A stretch of 64,000 nucleotides of DNA. Origin: Rhizophagus irregularis (Eukaryota). The notes under the pieces are model-generated. The model ran no database searches. It was not told where the DNA came from and saw only the letters and a program-made list of their open reading frames with translations. Shown here piece after piece: positions 12,182 through 25,814 of this stretch. Position numbers and translations under genes: made by a program. The stretch lies in the NCBI RefSeq assembly GCF_026210795.1, contig NC_089435.1, positions 4,836,001-4,900,000 on the forward strand, read 5' to 3'. Each line of letters opens with the position of its first letter. Position 1 is the first letter of the stretch.

Positions 12182-13569
12182 GATTATAATTTATTTAATA
12201 GTAGAAATAAATATTTGAGAAAAAATATCTATTTACTTTCTTTAAAAAAAATTTTACGGTATTTAAATTCTTAGCGTTACACTTAGTATTACAAATAATT
12301 ACATAGAACGGATTATAATATTCAAATTTTTATTTCATTTATTCCACAATAATAATAATAAATTTCTTCCACATGTATTACATCTTCTATACCTTCGATG
12401 TGACATAAAATCATAACTTAATACGGAAAGTCCCGTTAATAAGATGATTTTTTTATTTTATCAACACATTTAAAATCTTAAAACATCACTCGAAATTTTG
12501 AAGTAAATTTTTTGACTTAAAAAAAACAATGTATAAACAGGCTTAATAAGACAATATCTTAATTTACAAAGTATAATTTACATTTTAATAAATCTTCATT
12601 GTGATAACAAGTATTTTAAAAAACAAGGAGGTTTAAACCTTAAACATACTAATATGCACCCAAAATGTAGTGTAATATAACATGACATTAGAATTTAAAG
12701 ATATAAGTAAATCGCTTCATGTAGATAGATTTTAACAAATCAAGACGTTCTGTTATGATTTTTCTGTTGGTGGTTCGAGATACAAATAAAACATCTTTTA
12801 ATCTTGTAAATCAAAAAAAAATAATAAATTAAAAATTAACTACCAAAAACGTGATGTTCCTACAATTGAAAGATGTATGTATGAATACGGTCAGTAATTA
12901 TTAATTGAACATTTCTATATCAGGTAATTTTATAATGTGATTTCTGCATATTTATTTTGTTCATTAGTCTCCTTAAACAATAATGCAGGGTTTATAACAC
13001 AACCATCCCTTAAAGCCGTGTCGGACATTTTTTTAATTTTTTTATGGCTTACGCACCGCAAAATCGAAATCAAAAAAAACTAAGATTGAAAATAGAGCTA
13101 TTCCATCGGAATTAATCAGCCACAAAAAAATTTACCAGTTGTTTTAATAAAATTCTATTTATTTTCTATGCAAATAATCAGGCATATTTATATAGTATGT
13201 TATTATTTTCCTCCTAGGTTATTGTTTTATCAACCAATTCAAAATATTAAGATATATTAAGATATGATTACTAAATTATTAAAAATATCTTTGACTTGAA
13301 AATAAACAGTGTAAAACGGAAGTTCCAACAAGAAATAATTGTTACAATTATTTTCAAAATTAAAGAGTGATCAATTAAAACTTACCAAATACTCATGCGG
13401 TGTAATTTCATGTTAGCACACATTCAATCTCCAAGTAGACATATAATCTGAATGCTGGATTTGAGATTTGACTTACAGAATATCATAAAACGTTTCTTAG
13501 AACAGGAGATTTTCCTGCTGGTAATTCGAGGCAGCATTGTTTGCATTCTTTTAATCTTACAAGTTAAAC

Positions 13570-13746
13570 CCCTATAAAAACGAAATGTGTTAAATTTGTT
13601 GTTCATGTGTAATAAATGTCTAAAAAAGCACCATTTTGTCCGATTTATATCTAATCACAAAAAAAACGAAAATTAAACAAAATGGTGCATTTTTAGACAT
13701 TTATTACACATGAACAACAAATTTAACACATTTCGTTTTTATAGGG
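13570..13746. mobile_element. Palindromic MITE with CCCT termini
   Basis: About 70-bp near-perfect TIRs CCCTATAAAAACGAAATGTG...CACATTTCGTTTTTATAGGG. Same terminal motif as 117-309. Confidence 0.8.
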
Positions 13747-14758
13747 AAAAAATAGTAATAAATTGAAAAATTAAAGGGTATAACGAATTTAGTTTACTTT
13801 ATTTTAGTTTATAATTATTGGTTCAGAAAGAAAATGTAACACACCACAAACTGTGTGGATGCATAGAAAAATCTCTTCTGCATATTGTAAGACATTAATT
13901 ACTAAAGGAAAAATTTCTATACAAGGTATCTGCACATTTGATTTGTTTATGTCATTCCGTAAATAATAATGGTATGGGTTTTAGTACCGTGCAACCATCA
14001 TTATAATTTCTGATATAGTCTATTACACGATGAAATTAATGAAAGAAAAAAAGTCGAAAATTGAGCTAAATCCTAATAATTTCATTTTCCGGTTGTTTTT
14101 ATTTATTTTCTATGGAGATAATCTGGCATTTTATATTTATATATGTTATAATTTCTTCTAATAATAAACTCTAATTCATGAATTTTCGAATAAGATTTAA
14201 ATTTTATTTTTGTTATTAGAAAGCATAACGATAATAATTGAAATTAGGAACTACAAATTTGGCCTAAATTGTTATAAAATTTTTGTGACAACTCAATGCG
14301 AAAATTCCCTTTACATAAAATGATTAAAAAATAATGACATCGATTCTCTCTTTGGGTGACGCGAGATAAAAAGCATATACTGATATACACATATATTCAG
14401 TTGTACGTTATTTAAGAAAAAAAAGATTACATTATTTACTTCAGTTATTTTCATTACACAATTGATAATTACTGTAATTTAATCTTGTATTATTTTTTTT
14501 GTAATATTAAACTGATTCTTTTCTCTATGATCTCACAGCTAAAGATGTTAAGTCGGTCTTTTCAGTCTTGTTTGTCCTGGTCGGTCTTTGGAAAAGTAAC
14601 AAAACTTGCACCTTTAGAATTTTGTTCATAGTAGTAGCATAGAGCAAAGACCGTCAAATGACGAAATTTGAGCCCAGTCCTACCCTTTCCAAGAGCAACA
14701 TCGGATAAAATGTAAAAAGCCGGGTAAGACCGGGTAAAAAAAAAAAATTTTTTCCTTA

Positions 14759-14993
14759 CAGCTGATTTCATAATATACGGGACACCCATCATTTTTACTC
14801 CATGCCGAGAGAAACTCGGTAAGATTCGGTATAACTCAGAATAAAATAAAAACTACACTGTTCTGTTCTCGGACCAGTGCTCCGAATCTAACGATATGGT
14901 TTTACCTTATTCTGAACTTTACCGAGTTTTACCGAATGTACCGAGTTGTCTCTCGGTAACTATTAGGTGTCCCGTATATTATGAAATCAGCTG
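14759..14993. mobile_element. Tc1/mariner-type MITE (TA TSD) with an inner inverted-repeat element at 14805-14956
   Basis: ta|CAGCTGATTTCATAATATACGGGACACC...GGTGTCCCGTATATTATGAAATCAGCTG|ta. Inner pair CCGAGAGAAACTCGGTA/TACCGAGTTGTCTCTCGG. Confidence 0.85.
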
Positions 14994-15048
14994 TAAGACT
15001 CTGAACTGATTGATCAGATTGAGATCAAATTTTGCAATCTAACGATTT

Positions 15049-15280
15049 CCCCTGCGTACCCTTCAAAAATGTCACGAAAATTCACGTGACTGTTTTTTTT
15101 GTCACATCCGTCACACCCTTCCTTGTTTCCATTTTTCATAAGTATCTGAGGGACTTAGTTTTTTTCGAGTAAGTAAAAACGTATTCGTCACACCCTTATT
15201 CGTCACTGTTTATTTTCACGTGTTAGTGCATAACGCCGTAATGCCGGCCGTTTCGTGACATTTTTGAAGGTACGCAGGGG
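15049..15280. mobile_element. MITE
   Basis: CCCCTGCGTACCCTTCAAAAATGTCACGAAA...TTTCGTGACATTTTTGAAGGTACGCAGGGG. Confidence 0.8.
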
Positions 15281-15454
15281 TAGTCCAATCTAACCTACTG
15301 CGCCACAGATTTTAAGGCGAAGGCGGTGTTGCAATATTCCAAAGACCGGCCGGAATTCTTCCCGTCTTCCAGTAATAAAGTTTTGATTACCTGATTTGGT
15401 ATTTTAAATAATGTTGACAAGGTCTGGGTAGTACCGACCGCATAACATCTTTAT

Positions 15455-16223
15455 CAGATGTTGAAATTATTTTGCCCGTAATAATTATAATTATTAGTAT
15501 TAATTATTGCTGGAGCTGGAATTGCTGGTTCGTAATTACTAGTTGTATCTTCATTTTGGAGCGTTCGCATAATTTCTTGCCCGTGTTCTGCCTCATAAGT
15601 AAAATTTTCCATTATAGTAATACAGTCAATAACACATGTTAAACATATTTTCTAATTGTATTAATTCCATTCATTTTTGAAATACTTCATACAATATTAC
15701 GTGAATTAAATAAATGTATAAACCAATGCCATAGTTGTTATTAGTCCATATAAAAATAGTTTATCATTATTTGCACCTTTAACTGATGCTGCAAAAAGAT
15801 ATGTTGTAACCCATATTAATATTTGATAAATCTTGCCATGATGATTGTTGAGTATTAAATGGTACAGAAACATCAATAAAAAAAAATTCTTTTAATAGTT
15901 TTATATTTTCAAAATGATGTACGCAGTTAAATTTGAATAAAAAAAAAAGAAACCCGAAACCCGGACGAAACCGGACGAAATATGGACAAAAAACGGATGA
16001 AACCCGGGCGAATATTGGTATTCGAATATACAATCACAAATAAACTGCGTACACTATTTTGAAAAAGGCGATAAATCCAATTCACCCAAAATATATAATT
16101 TATTATCAATGAGTGTAGCCGTATCGACTAGTATATAGTAGTACACTTTGTTTAAAGGGTGTAATTTGGCACTAATATTTGAAGTATCCATAATATGAAA
16201 TTAACTAAAGAATTTTTTGACAT
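15455..16223 (-). pseudogene. Kelch-receptor pseudogene with a large internal deletion
   Basis: ATG at 16223 is paralogous to 12181. LLKEFFFIDVSVPFNTQQSSWQDLSNINM is retained, with frameshifts. Exon-1 sequence runs directly into tail sequence (HGQEIMRTLQNE..EPAIPAPA). Confidence 0.85.
15922..16049. mobile_element. Small MITE with TA TSD inside the Kelch pseudogene
   Basis: ta|CGCAGTT...AACTGCG|ta with internal CCGGACGAAA repeats. Confidence 0.65.
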
Positions 16224-18470
16224 GATTATGATTGACAAACGGTCTAGTTAAACGAACTTTATGCGAAATTTTGGGCCAATTACTTTGCTAATATCAGCAA
16301 GATTTGGACGTAAAAATAGAAATAAATATTTAAGAAAAACCACTTAATTACCTTTATTTTTTTACGGTATTTAAATTTTTAGCGGTACACTTTGTATTAA
16401 AAGTATGAAATATGAATATTCGAGAATTAATAATAAATAAATTTATTGCATAAATTTCGTATGCGATGTGACATAAAATCATAAGGTATTGTCAACCAAT
16501 TCAATATCAATACAAATATCAAATAATTAAAATAATTTTTTCGGCTTGAAAATAATCAGTACTTAATCAGTATAAAAATAAAAAGAAGTTCTAATAAGGA
16601 ATTTTTAATAAAAGCTTGTGATCACCGAGTATGATCACAATAAACAATAACCCAGGTAAATATGGTGTTAAGCATTGAAAGATTCAAAGATTTAATAGAC
16701 AAGTTATTTTCAAGAGGTGACTTTAATGCTGACTTTGAAAGTTTCGAAACTTGCTCTTCAAAAAATAAAAAAATAAAAATAAAAGAGAAATAAAAAAATC
16801 CTTGAATTTTTCCTTATTATTGCTTGCAATTACATAAGCTTCATGAATATTAATAATTGATGTAAGATGGTAAAAAAACACTAACACAAGATTATAGAAA
16901 CCACCCTGATTTTGTGACACTCATCAACCTTTGATGTTGCACAGGTCAATAACGATACCCCTTGATTAACCTTCAACCTTTTCAGCATAAAAAAAATGTA
17001 TTCCATTATATCGCAAATATTACACATATTTTGTTTTTTGTCACTACCTTGCGTAATCGACATCAATTTCAGCCATTTTGAAACGGCGTCACTTTTTTTT
17101 GCATGAAAACTGATTTATCTATATAATCGATAAAGTTTTAAAGTTGCACAGTAATATAAATGGTTAAATAGATTTTATTTTAAATTTCTATATCAAGTAA
17201 TATTATAATGAGTATGCTTCTGCATATTTATAAAATTTGTTACCTTATTTGTTTACCGCTGAATAAAAAAGCACCCCTACTAATTTTCAGTTTAATACAA
17301 AATAATTTGTTTTGGCTAGTGGAATTCATATGCTAACTATATCGCCCACTTAACGAATTGATATTTCATAAAAAAAAATAATGTTTTTTACTACACGCGA
17401 TCGTACTCCGATGAAATTTTTAAAAAATTTATTTTTTACTGTTTATTTAGAATATTCGTTCAATTATTCTACCGTAATTACATTTTTTTTTTCCTAAACC
17501 GGAAATTCCATTTTTTTTAGCTAAAATAAACTGTAATTCACGATTACCTTTAAAAAAAAAATATTTCCTTATTTTTTTATATATATAAAGTACAGTAAAA
17601 AAGAAGAATAAAGGATCACAAACGAAAAACTTGTCTATTTTTGAAATTTTATTTCACATACAAAAATGATAAAAGTTTGGGAATAAAATTAAAGATAACG
17701 TTAGAAAATTATTCTTTATTAATTTTCGAAACTTGAGACTACTAAGTTACTATATACCAAAGTTTGGACGCTCATAAAAGTTAGAAACATCCCTTTGTTA
17801 ACTAACATAGGGAGAATATTATGTAGAAATTTTAGGAAAAATATAAAAACCTCAAGTAATAATTAGTAAAGGACTTAAATAAACAGTTTACTTTGTTTCT
17901 GCCTTTTGTGTTTTTAAAAGAACAAGATGCCGCAGCAAGATGAAAAAAGATAAGACATGTAATATTGATCAGTAAGTTCCGTATACTTGTAATACTGTTG
18001 CGTAATAGGATAAGTCATTAGGATAACGATTGTATGGTAAACTTATAGGACTCCTACGAGCGTCTAAAAAAAACATTACGTGAAATTATTAAGTGAAATT
18101 ATCATACTGCAATTACTACTGTATGTATATTATTGTGCTATGAAACCGAATCTTCATTGTTTACTCTTTGTAATTTCATAATATTGTTCAAGTTTTATAA
18201 TTGCAAGAATAAAAAGTTTTCTTATTATGAAAATTTTTTTTTTTTTTTGTTCAACCGAGTTTATTAAAGTACATACAAATAAATAGATTTTACTATTATT
18301 GGATAAGATTGCTAGCTATTATTACACAAAAAATAAAATGTTGTGTCATGATAACAAATTTTGCATATAAATTTATAAGAACAAACCTACTTATTTTTAC
18401 TTCTTTTTCAGTCAAATTATATGAATATATTATATAAATTATTTTTTTTATCATATAATTTCCTTTAATA

Positions 18471-19298
18471 ATGAAAAAAATATTCATTTTGATTTTTATG
18501 ATTCTTATTATTTTACTTCAATTTATACATGAAGTAAATACTCAAGCTCCAGCAGATGTACCAGGTCCTCCACCAGAAGGAGCTGTACCATCACCGGCAA
18601 AGGCACCACCAGGAGGAGTTACTCCAGCAGGAACAGCTAGCCCACCACCATCAGCAGCATCAGCAGCATCAGCATCATCTTCAGCATCAGTGTCAGCATC
18701 ATCTTCAGCATCAGCGCCAGTGTCAGCAACTTCTGTAGATTCTTCAATTCCTTCAAATATAATAGCTGCTTCAATTATTGGAGGGATAGTTAGTGGTTTA
18801 ATTTTAATCTTCCTAGTTGGGTTATGCTACTTTTTAGTGAGAATGTATAAAAATAAAAAAGAAAGTTCTAAAGCAATTGCGACTCCTGGGAATGAAAATA
18901 ATAATAATATTTCAAATCCTGGAATCATGAATGATGATTTATATCATAACAAGATGTTACCTATTCCCATAGAATTAGTAATTCCAAATCAAGGACAAGA
19001 ACTTGCACCAAATTATAACAATCAACAAGGAGCAACACGCGAATTAGGAAACAACTCAGTAGATAATGAAACTATTCAAAATATTAGACAAGAAATGGTT
19101 CATAATTTAAGTCAAGATCCAGCAAGAAATTTATCATCATTTAATATCGATGAAGATATTATAAATCAAATGAAACAAGACATTCTACTAGATATTAAAC
19201 AAGAATTGAAGCAGAATATAAGGTCAAAAGTAATGACATCGTTTTATAAAGATAATATTGATGATAATAGTAGTAGTAATAGCAATGTTAATAAATAA
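18471..19298 (+). CDS. Type-I membrane protein with a short Pro/Ala/Ser ectodomain and NQGQE/helical tail
   Basis: 275-aa intronless ORF. Signal peptide ..ILLQFIHEVNTQ, TM IIAASIIGGIVSGLILIFLVGLCYFLV, tail NQGQE and INQMKQDILLDIKQELKQNI. Confidence 0.88.
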   Translation: MKKIFILIFMILIILLQFIHEVNTQAPADVPGPPPEGAVPSPAKAPPGGVTPAGTASPPPSAASAASASSSASVSASSSASAPVSATSVDSSIPSNIIAASIIGGIVSGLILIFLVGLCYFLVRMYKNKKESSKAIATPGNENNNNISNPGIMNDDLYHNKMLPIPIELVIPNQGQELAPNYNNQQGATRELGNNSVDNETIQNIRQEMVHNLSQDPARNLSSFNIDEDIINQMKQDILLDIKQELKQNIRSKVMTSFYKDNIDDNSSSNSNVNK

Positions 19299-20269
19299 TA
19301 TATTTATTTTATGAACAAATTATTCCCACCATCTTACTATAAGAGAGTGAACACCCAAAAATTCCAAGTCAAAAAAAAAAAAGTTAAACTGAATGAGGTA
19401 CATAATTATATAAAGTTTAACACCTAAAGATTATTATATATATAAAAAAATATTATTAATGTAGTCGTCGTTTTAATATAATTTATATAAATGGAAATAA
19501 AAAAACATCATCATAAAATAGTAAATAAATGAAAAAATATTATAATGCAACTAACTAAGTTTTTCGGTAATACGAGATATCAAATAAAAATTCAAATAAA
19601 ATTTTAGATGGGAAGTAGCATCACAGTTTATTAGAGAATTAATTAATAATAGAAATGATTAAAAAAAAAATATATAATAATCGCAAATTACCTTCAGATA
19701 TTTAAAATAACTTTACCTTCACAATTTGGTTAATTAATTGTTTCTTATTTTAATCAGGGATCATATTACAAATTCATTTTTTTAAAAATTTTAAAATTAT
19801 AACTTTGATCTTCTCTTTATTTTTAAATTACGTTTCATATCCAGTCAAAGTAAAAAACTGCAATATTTGACCGTATATAAAAAGCAATTGGCTAAAAGTC
19901 AACGCACCTTTTTCTCTGTTTTATAATGCAAGGACAAAAGTTTTCTCATCATAGTCGATAGTCGATTCCGTGTAACAGTTCGTTGAATAATTTAGACTAC
20001 CCCAGCGTGACCTATGGCCAGCATTTACGCATTTTGACTGAAAACCGATGACGTAATTTTCTCTCAGAATCACGTGGTCAGTAAGTCTAAAATAATTTAG
20101 AAAAGAATGAAGCGACTTGCTATCGAATTCTTTTTAGGGTGAGGCGAGATATATAGCATGTGTTAAAAATATACGAATATAGTGTATGTTATTTAAAAAA
20201 CTGGTTGTTACCATATTATTGAAAATACTGTGTAAACAATTGAATATCAATAACTTGACTTGTATTATT

Positions 20270-20500
20270 TTTTATAATATTATACTTATTAAAATTCTCT
20301 CCAATAGCTTGAAGAATTTTTCAACTTTTAGACAATTTCTTGTTTAATAAATTGAAGAATTTCGATGATAACCTATTATTATTAAGTATTAAAATTACTT
20401 CTCGCTCATAATTATAATTATTAGTATTAACTACTGCTGGAGCTGGAATTGTTGGTTCGTGATTAGTTTTGGAGCGTCTGCACCCATTAGCTGGAATTAT
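20270..20500 (-). pseudogene. Relic of a Kelch-receptor cytoplasmic tail
   Basis: Reads NHEPTIPAPAVVNTNNYNYEREVI..NNRLSS and matches 32441-32660 at the nucleotide level. Confidence 0.75.
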
Positions 20501-21167
20501 TAGTTATATTTTCTGAGCGGATACCAGATACCGGTAACCCTAATACTAAAGCAATCTGTTAAATCAATATTCTGGATATCATGAATATAATGAGAGGGAT
20601 GAATTCGAAATTTAAAAGGTACCTCGGGTATAAGGTTATCCTGTACTTTCATATATCCCGGAAAGCAACCTGTATTGTGTTAATCGTTTGTGATATTATC
20701 AACCTTCATTGTTTTAAATGTTTTAAAAAGAACCCAAGAGAACTAAGTCATTTATAATTAGGTTATTTTGGGATCTATCATACTAGATTTTTTTATTCCA
20801 GAAAATTTTTTATGTTCTACGTTCACAATATGCTGATTACCGATTACAACAAGACTTACGAGCTTTAATTGGAAATTGTTATGATTTAAAATCAAGTCTT
20901 TTTGTTTAATTTCCTTTTTTACTTTTTGTAATTCCATAATTTGAAATTGCGATCGACCGAATTTATTAGGTGCATCAGTGGTACATCCAAATAATACTAA
21001 AATTATTCCACTACTATTGGATAAATTTTGGAACTATTACTACTATTAGTTGTGCCATGATAACAAATTTTGCATATAAATTTGAACAAAATTAATTATT
21101 TTTACTACTTTTTTAGTCAAATTATATGAATAAACCTCAAGCTTAAATATAATTTCCTCTGCTAATA

Positions 21168-21939
21168 ATGAAAAAAATATTTATTTTGATTTTTATAATT
21201 TTTATAATCTTACTTCAATTTATACATGAAGTAAATACTCAAGCTCCAGCAGATGTACCAGGTCCTCCACCAGAAGGAGCTGTACCATCACCGGCAAAGG
21301 CACCACCAGGAGGAGTTACTCCAGCAGGAACAGCTAGCCCACCACCATCAGCAGCATCAGCATCATCTTCAGCATCAGCGCCAGTGTCAGCAACTTCTGT
21401 AGATTCTTCAATTCCTTCAAATATAATAGCTGCTTCAATTATTGGAGGGATAGTTAGTGGTTTAATTTTAATCTTCCTAGTTGGGTTATGCTACTTTTTA
21501 GTGAGAATGTATAAAAATAAACAAGAAAATTCTAAAGCAATTACAACCCATGGACTGAATAATGTCAAAAGTAAAAAAAAATATTTCAAATCCTGGAATA
21601 ATGAATGATGAATTATATAATGAACCGATCCCTACAGAATTAATAATTTCGAATCATGGACAAGAATTTATACCAAATTCACCAAATTATAATAATCAAC
21701 AAGGGACAACACGTGAATTAGGAAACAACTCAACAGATAATGAAATTATTCAAAAAATCAGACAAGAAAATTTATCATCAAAATTTAATATTGATGAAAA
21801 TATTATAGATCAAATGAAACAAGATATTCTACAAGACATTAAACAAGAATTAAAACAAAATATTAGATCAAAAGTGATGACATCATTATATAAGGATAAT
21901 AATGATGAAGATAGTGGTAGTAATATAAATGATAAATAA
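21168..21939 (+). CDS. Paralog of 18471..19298 with a +1 frameshift in an A9 run (pseudogene or sequencing error)
   Basis: ORFs 21168..21608 and 21562..21939 together match the whole paralog. Removing one A at about 21573-21581 restores ..SKKNISNPGIMND.. Confidence 0.8.
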
Positions 21940-22554
21940 TATAAGGTTATGCAGAGTCATTTTATTATGGCTAAATAATATTCTTTAGGAACACTCGCGT
22001 TTGGTAATCTACGTGAATTACTTGAATGTTTATTTATAATTTATAATCATTATGTAATAAATAGTTTTTTATTGATAAGACATTAAGTGAATATTAATAC
22101 ATAAAGTTTAACACCTCGAGTTAATCTTATAAATAAAAATATTGTGGCATATAATTTGATTTTTGATTGATAAACTTTTTTCATATTTGACTAAGATGAT
22201 TATCTTATAGTAATCATAGTTTTAATATTAAATAAATTATATTCCTTTTGTTATCGGTGAACTAAGATATTCAAAATAAATTGATCTTACCCTTACAATT
22301 TATTTGATTCGATTTATTGGTATATGAGTTTAATTCGCTTTTTATGATTTTTATTTTAGTCAAGAATTCAGGCAAGAAATGTTAAATATAATTCGGAAAA
22401 AAGAAGTCATTGCGAAATGTTGCATTTTTAAATAAAATTATATACGTATAAATACTATTTACTAGTGATAATTTAAAACACAAAGCGGACTTAAGTCAGT
22501 TCATTCAATAATATTAGTTCAGACCGAGTAAGTCGTTCCCCATCCTAATATCTA

Positions 22555-22830
22555 CTCCATAACCATTGCCATGTTTGATCAATTGTCAAGTGTTGTGAAT
22601 CCCCATACAAAATAGCTAGTGTATCATTTTTGCACCACCTTTAACTGATGTTGCAGAAATATGAGTGTATACTTTTGATGCTTGTTCCTATCCACATATA
22701 ATTTATTATCAACGAGTGTAGCAGCATGACGGCGTGACACACTTGGCTTAAGGGTGTCATTTGACGATTTACTTTAACTAATACTTGAATTAGTATCCAT
22801 AATATAAAATCACTGAAAAATTTCTTGAAT
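22555..22830 (-). pseudogene. Relic of Kelch-receptor exon 1
   Basis: Matches 12181-11800 with deletions (RRHAATLVDNKLYMWIG). The upstream non-coding block is conserved as well. Confidence 0.75.
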
Positions 22831-24010
22831 AAGCAGAAATAAATATTTAAGAAAAAATATTTATTTAATTTTTTTTTAAAGAAAGATTTTTACGTATTTA
22901 AATTTTTAGTATTATAAACATGGTTACATAGAACGGATCATAACTGAATGTTCAAGTATTTATTTCACAATAATAATTAAAACCTTAGCCCATGCAACAT
23001 TCAGTTACTTCCACACATATTGCACCTTCGATGTGACATAAAATAATAAAATATCAATAAGTTATATTTTTTTTTATCAACTAATTCAAAATTATTAAAT
23101 TATTAAAATAATATTTTGATTCGAAAATAAAGTCTATTTTATAAGTCAAATTTTTTCAAAATTATAAAGCTTGTCATTAACAAGTTAAACCCTACTTTAC
23201 ACCAAACACAGCGCAGTGTAATATTTAGCGTGCATTTGAAATTCAAAGGTTTAAGTGATCCCTTATTTCCCTTGGTCCTTAGACCTATGGCCTTCAGGTC
23301 TCAAGGTCGGGGACTTCGTTCCAACCGCTTTAAGTAGGCAGATGCTGATTTGATTTACAAATTATCACAAAGGAATAGGATATACTATAATGAATTTTCC
23401 TTTTGGTAATTCAACACGCAAATAAAGCATTGCTTGCAGCCTTTTAACTTGTATATCAAAGAAAAGATAAATTAAAGAATTAAAGGGTATACCGAATCTG
23501 GTTAACTTTGACTAATTCAATTTTTGTACTACCAAACCGCAATAGATAGTAATAATTATTGGAAGAACCCAAAAAGAGTGTGTAACACACCGTAACTGTA
23601 TAGATGAGATATACTGCTCTAGGATACATCAAGGTGACAACCCAGTCAATATGGACCCGGAAAATTTCTATAAAAGGTAATTTTGTAATGAGATTACAGT
23701 ATTTATTATGCGGGCAGGTTTTTAGTACCATGCAACCATCCCAGTAACGTAACAATGCATTATACGTTAATACAAAATTGCAATACATCTACAATACTGT
23801 GATTGCGTTGTTTGATATATTGTGACTATATCATGAATAGGCACTAATGGATATACATATTTATTTTATGTCAAGCAGGAAGAAAAATTCAAATTTCGGG
23901 GAAAAGCCCTTATTTATATGAAATTATGTATCACGTGATTAACGTGACAATTTTAACAACCAGATCTATCAGTTCCACTAAAAATATCCAGTTTATCGGG
24001 ATATTCGGTA

Positions 24011-24456
24011 TAGTGAAAAAATTTCGATATATTGAAAATTTATTATACTGAATTTTTTAAAAAAATTCATGCTAATAAAACTAATATACACTATATCCTA
24101 ATTTTTCATCCTAGTTTTAAGTCACAGAGGTCATGAAAATGAATATAAAATGTTTTAATTGAATATATAAGTAATATATAACTTCGGCTGGAATTAAGAT
24201 TTTTATTTTTATAATTCTTGCCAAAATTAAGATTTACCGCATCACGTTACTTAAATTTTATTGGTTAATGATTACGTGATCTGGTTTATCGAATCATTTG
24301 TTGGAAAATTGATCCATTATAGCGAATATCGAGCTTTTACTAGTAAACTCTAGTATATTGAACCTATTTTAATATATGTGATTTGGTTCCAGCAAAAAAG
24401 TCCAGTTTAGGCCCAAATCCGGTTTATCAAAGATCTAGTTTATCGAATTTCACTGT
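24011..24456. mobile_element. Degenerate Tc1/mariner-like MITE
   Basis: TAGTGAAAAAATTTCGATA ... TATCGAATTTCACTG imperfect TIRs. Confidence 0.45.
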
Positions 24457-24458
24457 GT

Positions 24459-25432
24459 ACTGATTTCAAAGAATCAAAAATTAGAAGATGCAAAATTCAG
24501 TTGATGATTAAAAAATTTCCTTGCGTTGAACAAATTAAAAAAACTTTATTTTCATTATATAAAGAAAGGTTTTGTCCTATGTGTGAAGAGGATGAAGAAA
24601 ATTTCAATCATATCTGGTTTTGTGAAGAAAGACGAGAGGATATAGATGATTTAATTTCAGGAGTACAAAATTGGCTTCTTTTAGAAATTAATAAAATTTT
24701 AGATCCTATTAACAAATTCTTTTTCAAATTGTTTTATCTCCCGCTCTTCTATTAATCATATTACTTTTGAACATATTAAAAATCTCAATGATATTTGGAA
24801 ACTTGAAGTATCAGAGGATCACATAACTTTCATAGATTTAATTAAAGGTTTCTTTCCTTGTTTGTTAATTAATTTTTTTAAACAATTATTATCTACGAAA
24901 TCAAAAGTTGAAATTTTGTCATATAATTTTAGGAATGAAATTTTGGATAAATCTATGATTTTTTGGAAAGTGAGGTGTAATAAACTTAATGAAATTGATA
25001 GAGGTTTGGGAATTGATAAAAATGTTAAAAAACATTTTGGTAAAGAGCAGTTTATTGACAAAACATGTAAATCAAAAAATAAGAAATACTTTAATCTACA
25101 AAGTCTTTAAAGTCATATTTATTTTGGGGTAATACTATAATATTGTTGATTACGGTAGTGTTTCGTAGTATTATTTTTATTATCTTTGATGTTGTAGTAG
25201 TAATTAAAGGAGTTGAGGTGGGTTTATATATAACATTACCGAAGTCCATACGAATAGTAGTAGTTATGCGGATAGTTTAGTGAACCTATTTGGGTGAGCA
25301 GGATGGTAGATAGTTCTTTTGAACATAAAATCTTAAGTCCCTAATAATATTATAGTATAGTTCGATCGTATTCTTTACTAAATGTTATATAATGTAGATC
25401 TTTTCCTTTTTTGTAATTTTTTTTATTTCTAA
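24459..25432 (+). mobile_element. 3' fragment of a non-LTR retrotransposon (CCHC zinc knuckle and 3'UTR); poly(A) lies beyond the foldback insertion at about 32199-32209
   Basis: CPMCEEDEENFNHIWFC is homologous to CPICNIEKEEFNHVWTC of the 58602..62282 ORF, and the 3'UTR is similar. AATAAA plus an A-tract resumes right after 32180. Confidence 0.85.
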
Positions 25433-25814
25433 CACCCAATCCAAATGATCGACATAGTTTATAAGCTGAAACTTCGTGCACAAAACCTCAGCTAAGAAAC
25501 TGCCCATGGGCAGATTTGCCCATGGGATTTGATTGGCTAATACTTAGTTGGTTTATATCGGCTAAATAAAGTAATTCTATAATTTCTGAATGCAGATTTG
25601 CCTATAAACCAGCATGCGAGGATTGCATTGATATAAATTTTGTACTACCTAATAACCAAAAAAAGTCAAAAAAATTTTTAAGGTTACACAGTAATTCTGA
25701 CTGAAGTTGAAATCATTATAGCCAGAATTAAGCTAATTCTGGCCAACCAGTTTCTGTCTAATAATTCGTCCAATTAAATTCCATCAATTCCTTTACCCAA
25801 TGCGCAGTAATTTC

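Larger units (their letters stand above)
14540..15453. mobile_element. hAT-like MITE containing nested MITEs
   Basis: TAAAGATGTTAAGTCGGTC ... GACCGCATAACATCTTTA. TSD not resolved. Confidence 0.55.

Noticed and set aside
13007..13140. Possible Kolobok-like terminus (TTAAAGCCGTGTCGGAC) and other weak inverted repeats near 17763-18068, 19991-20090 and 20617-20670
   Set aside because: No convincing partner terminus or TSD; too degraded to call.
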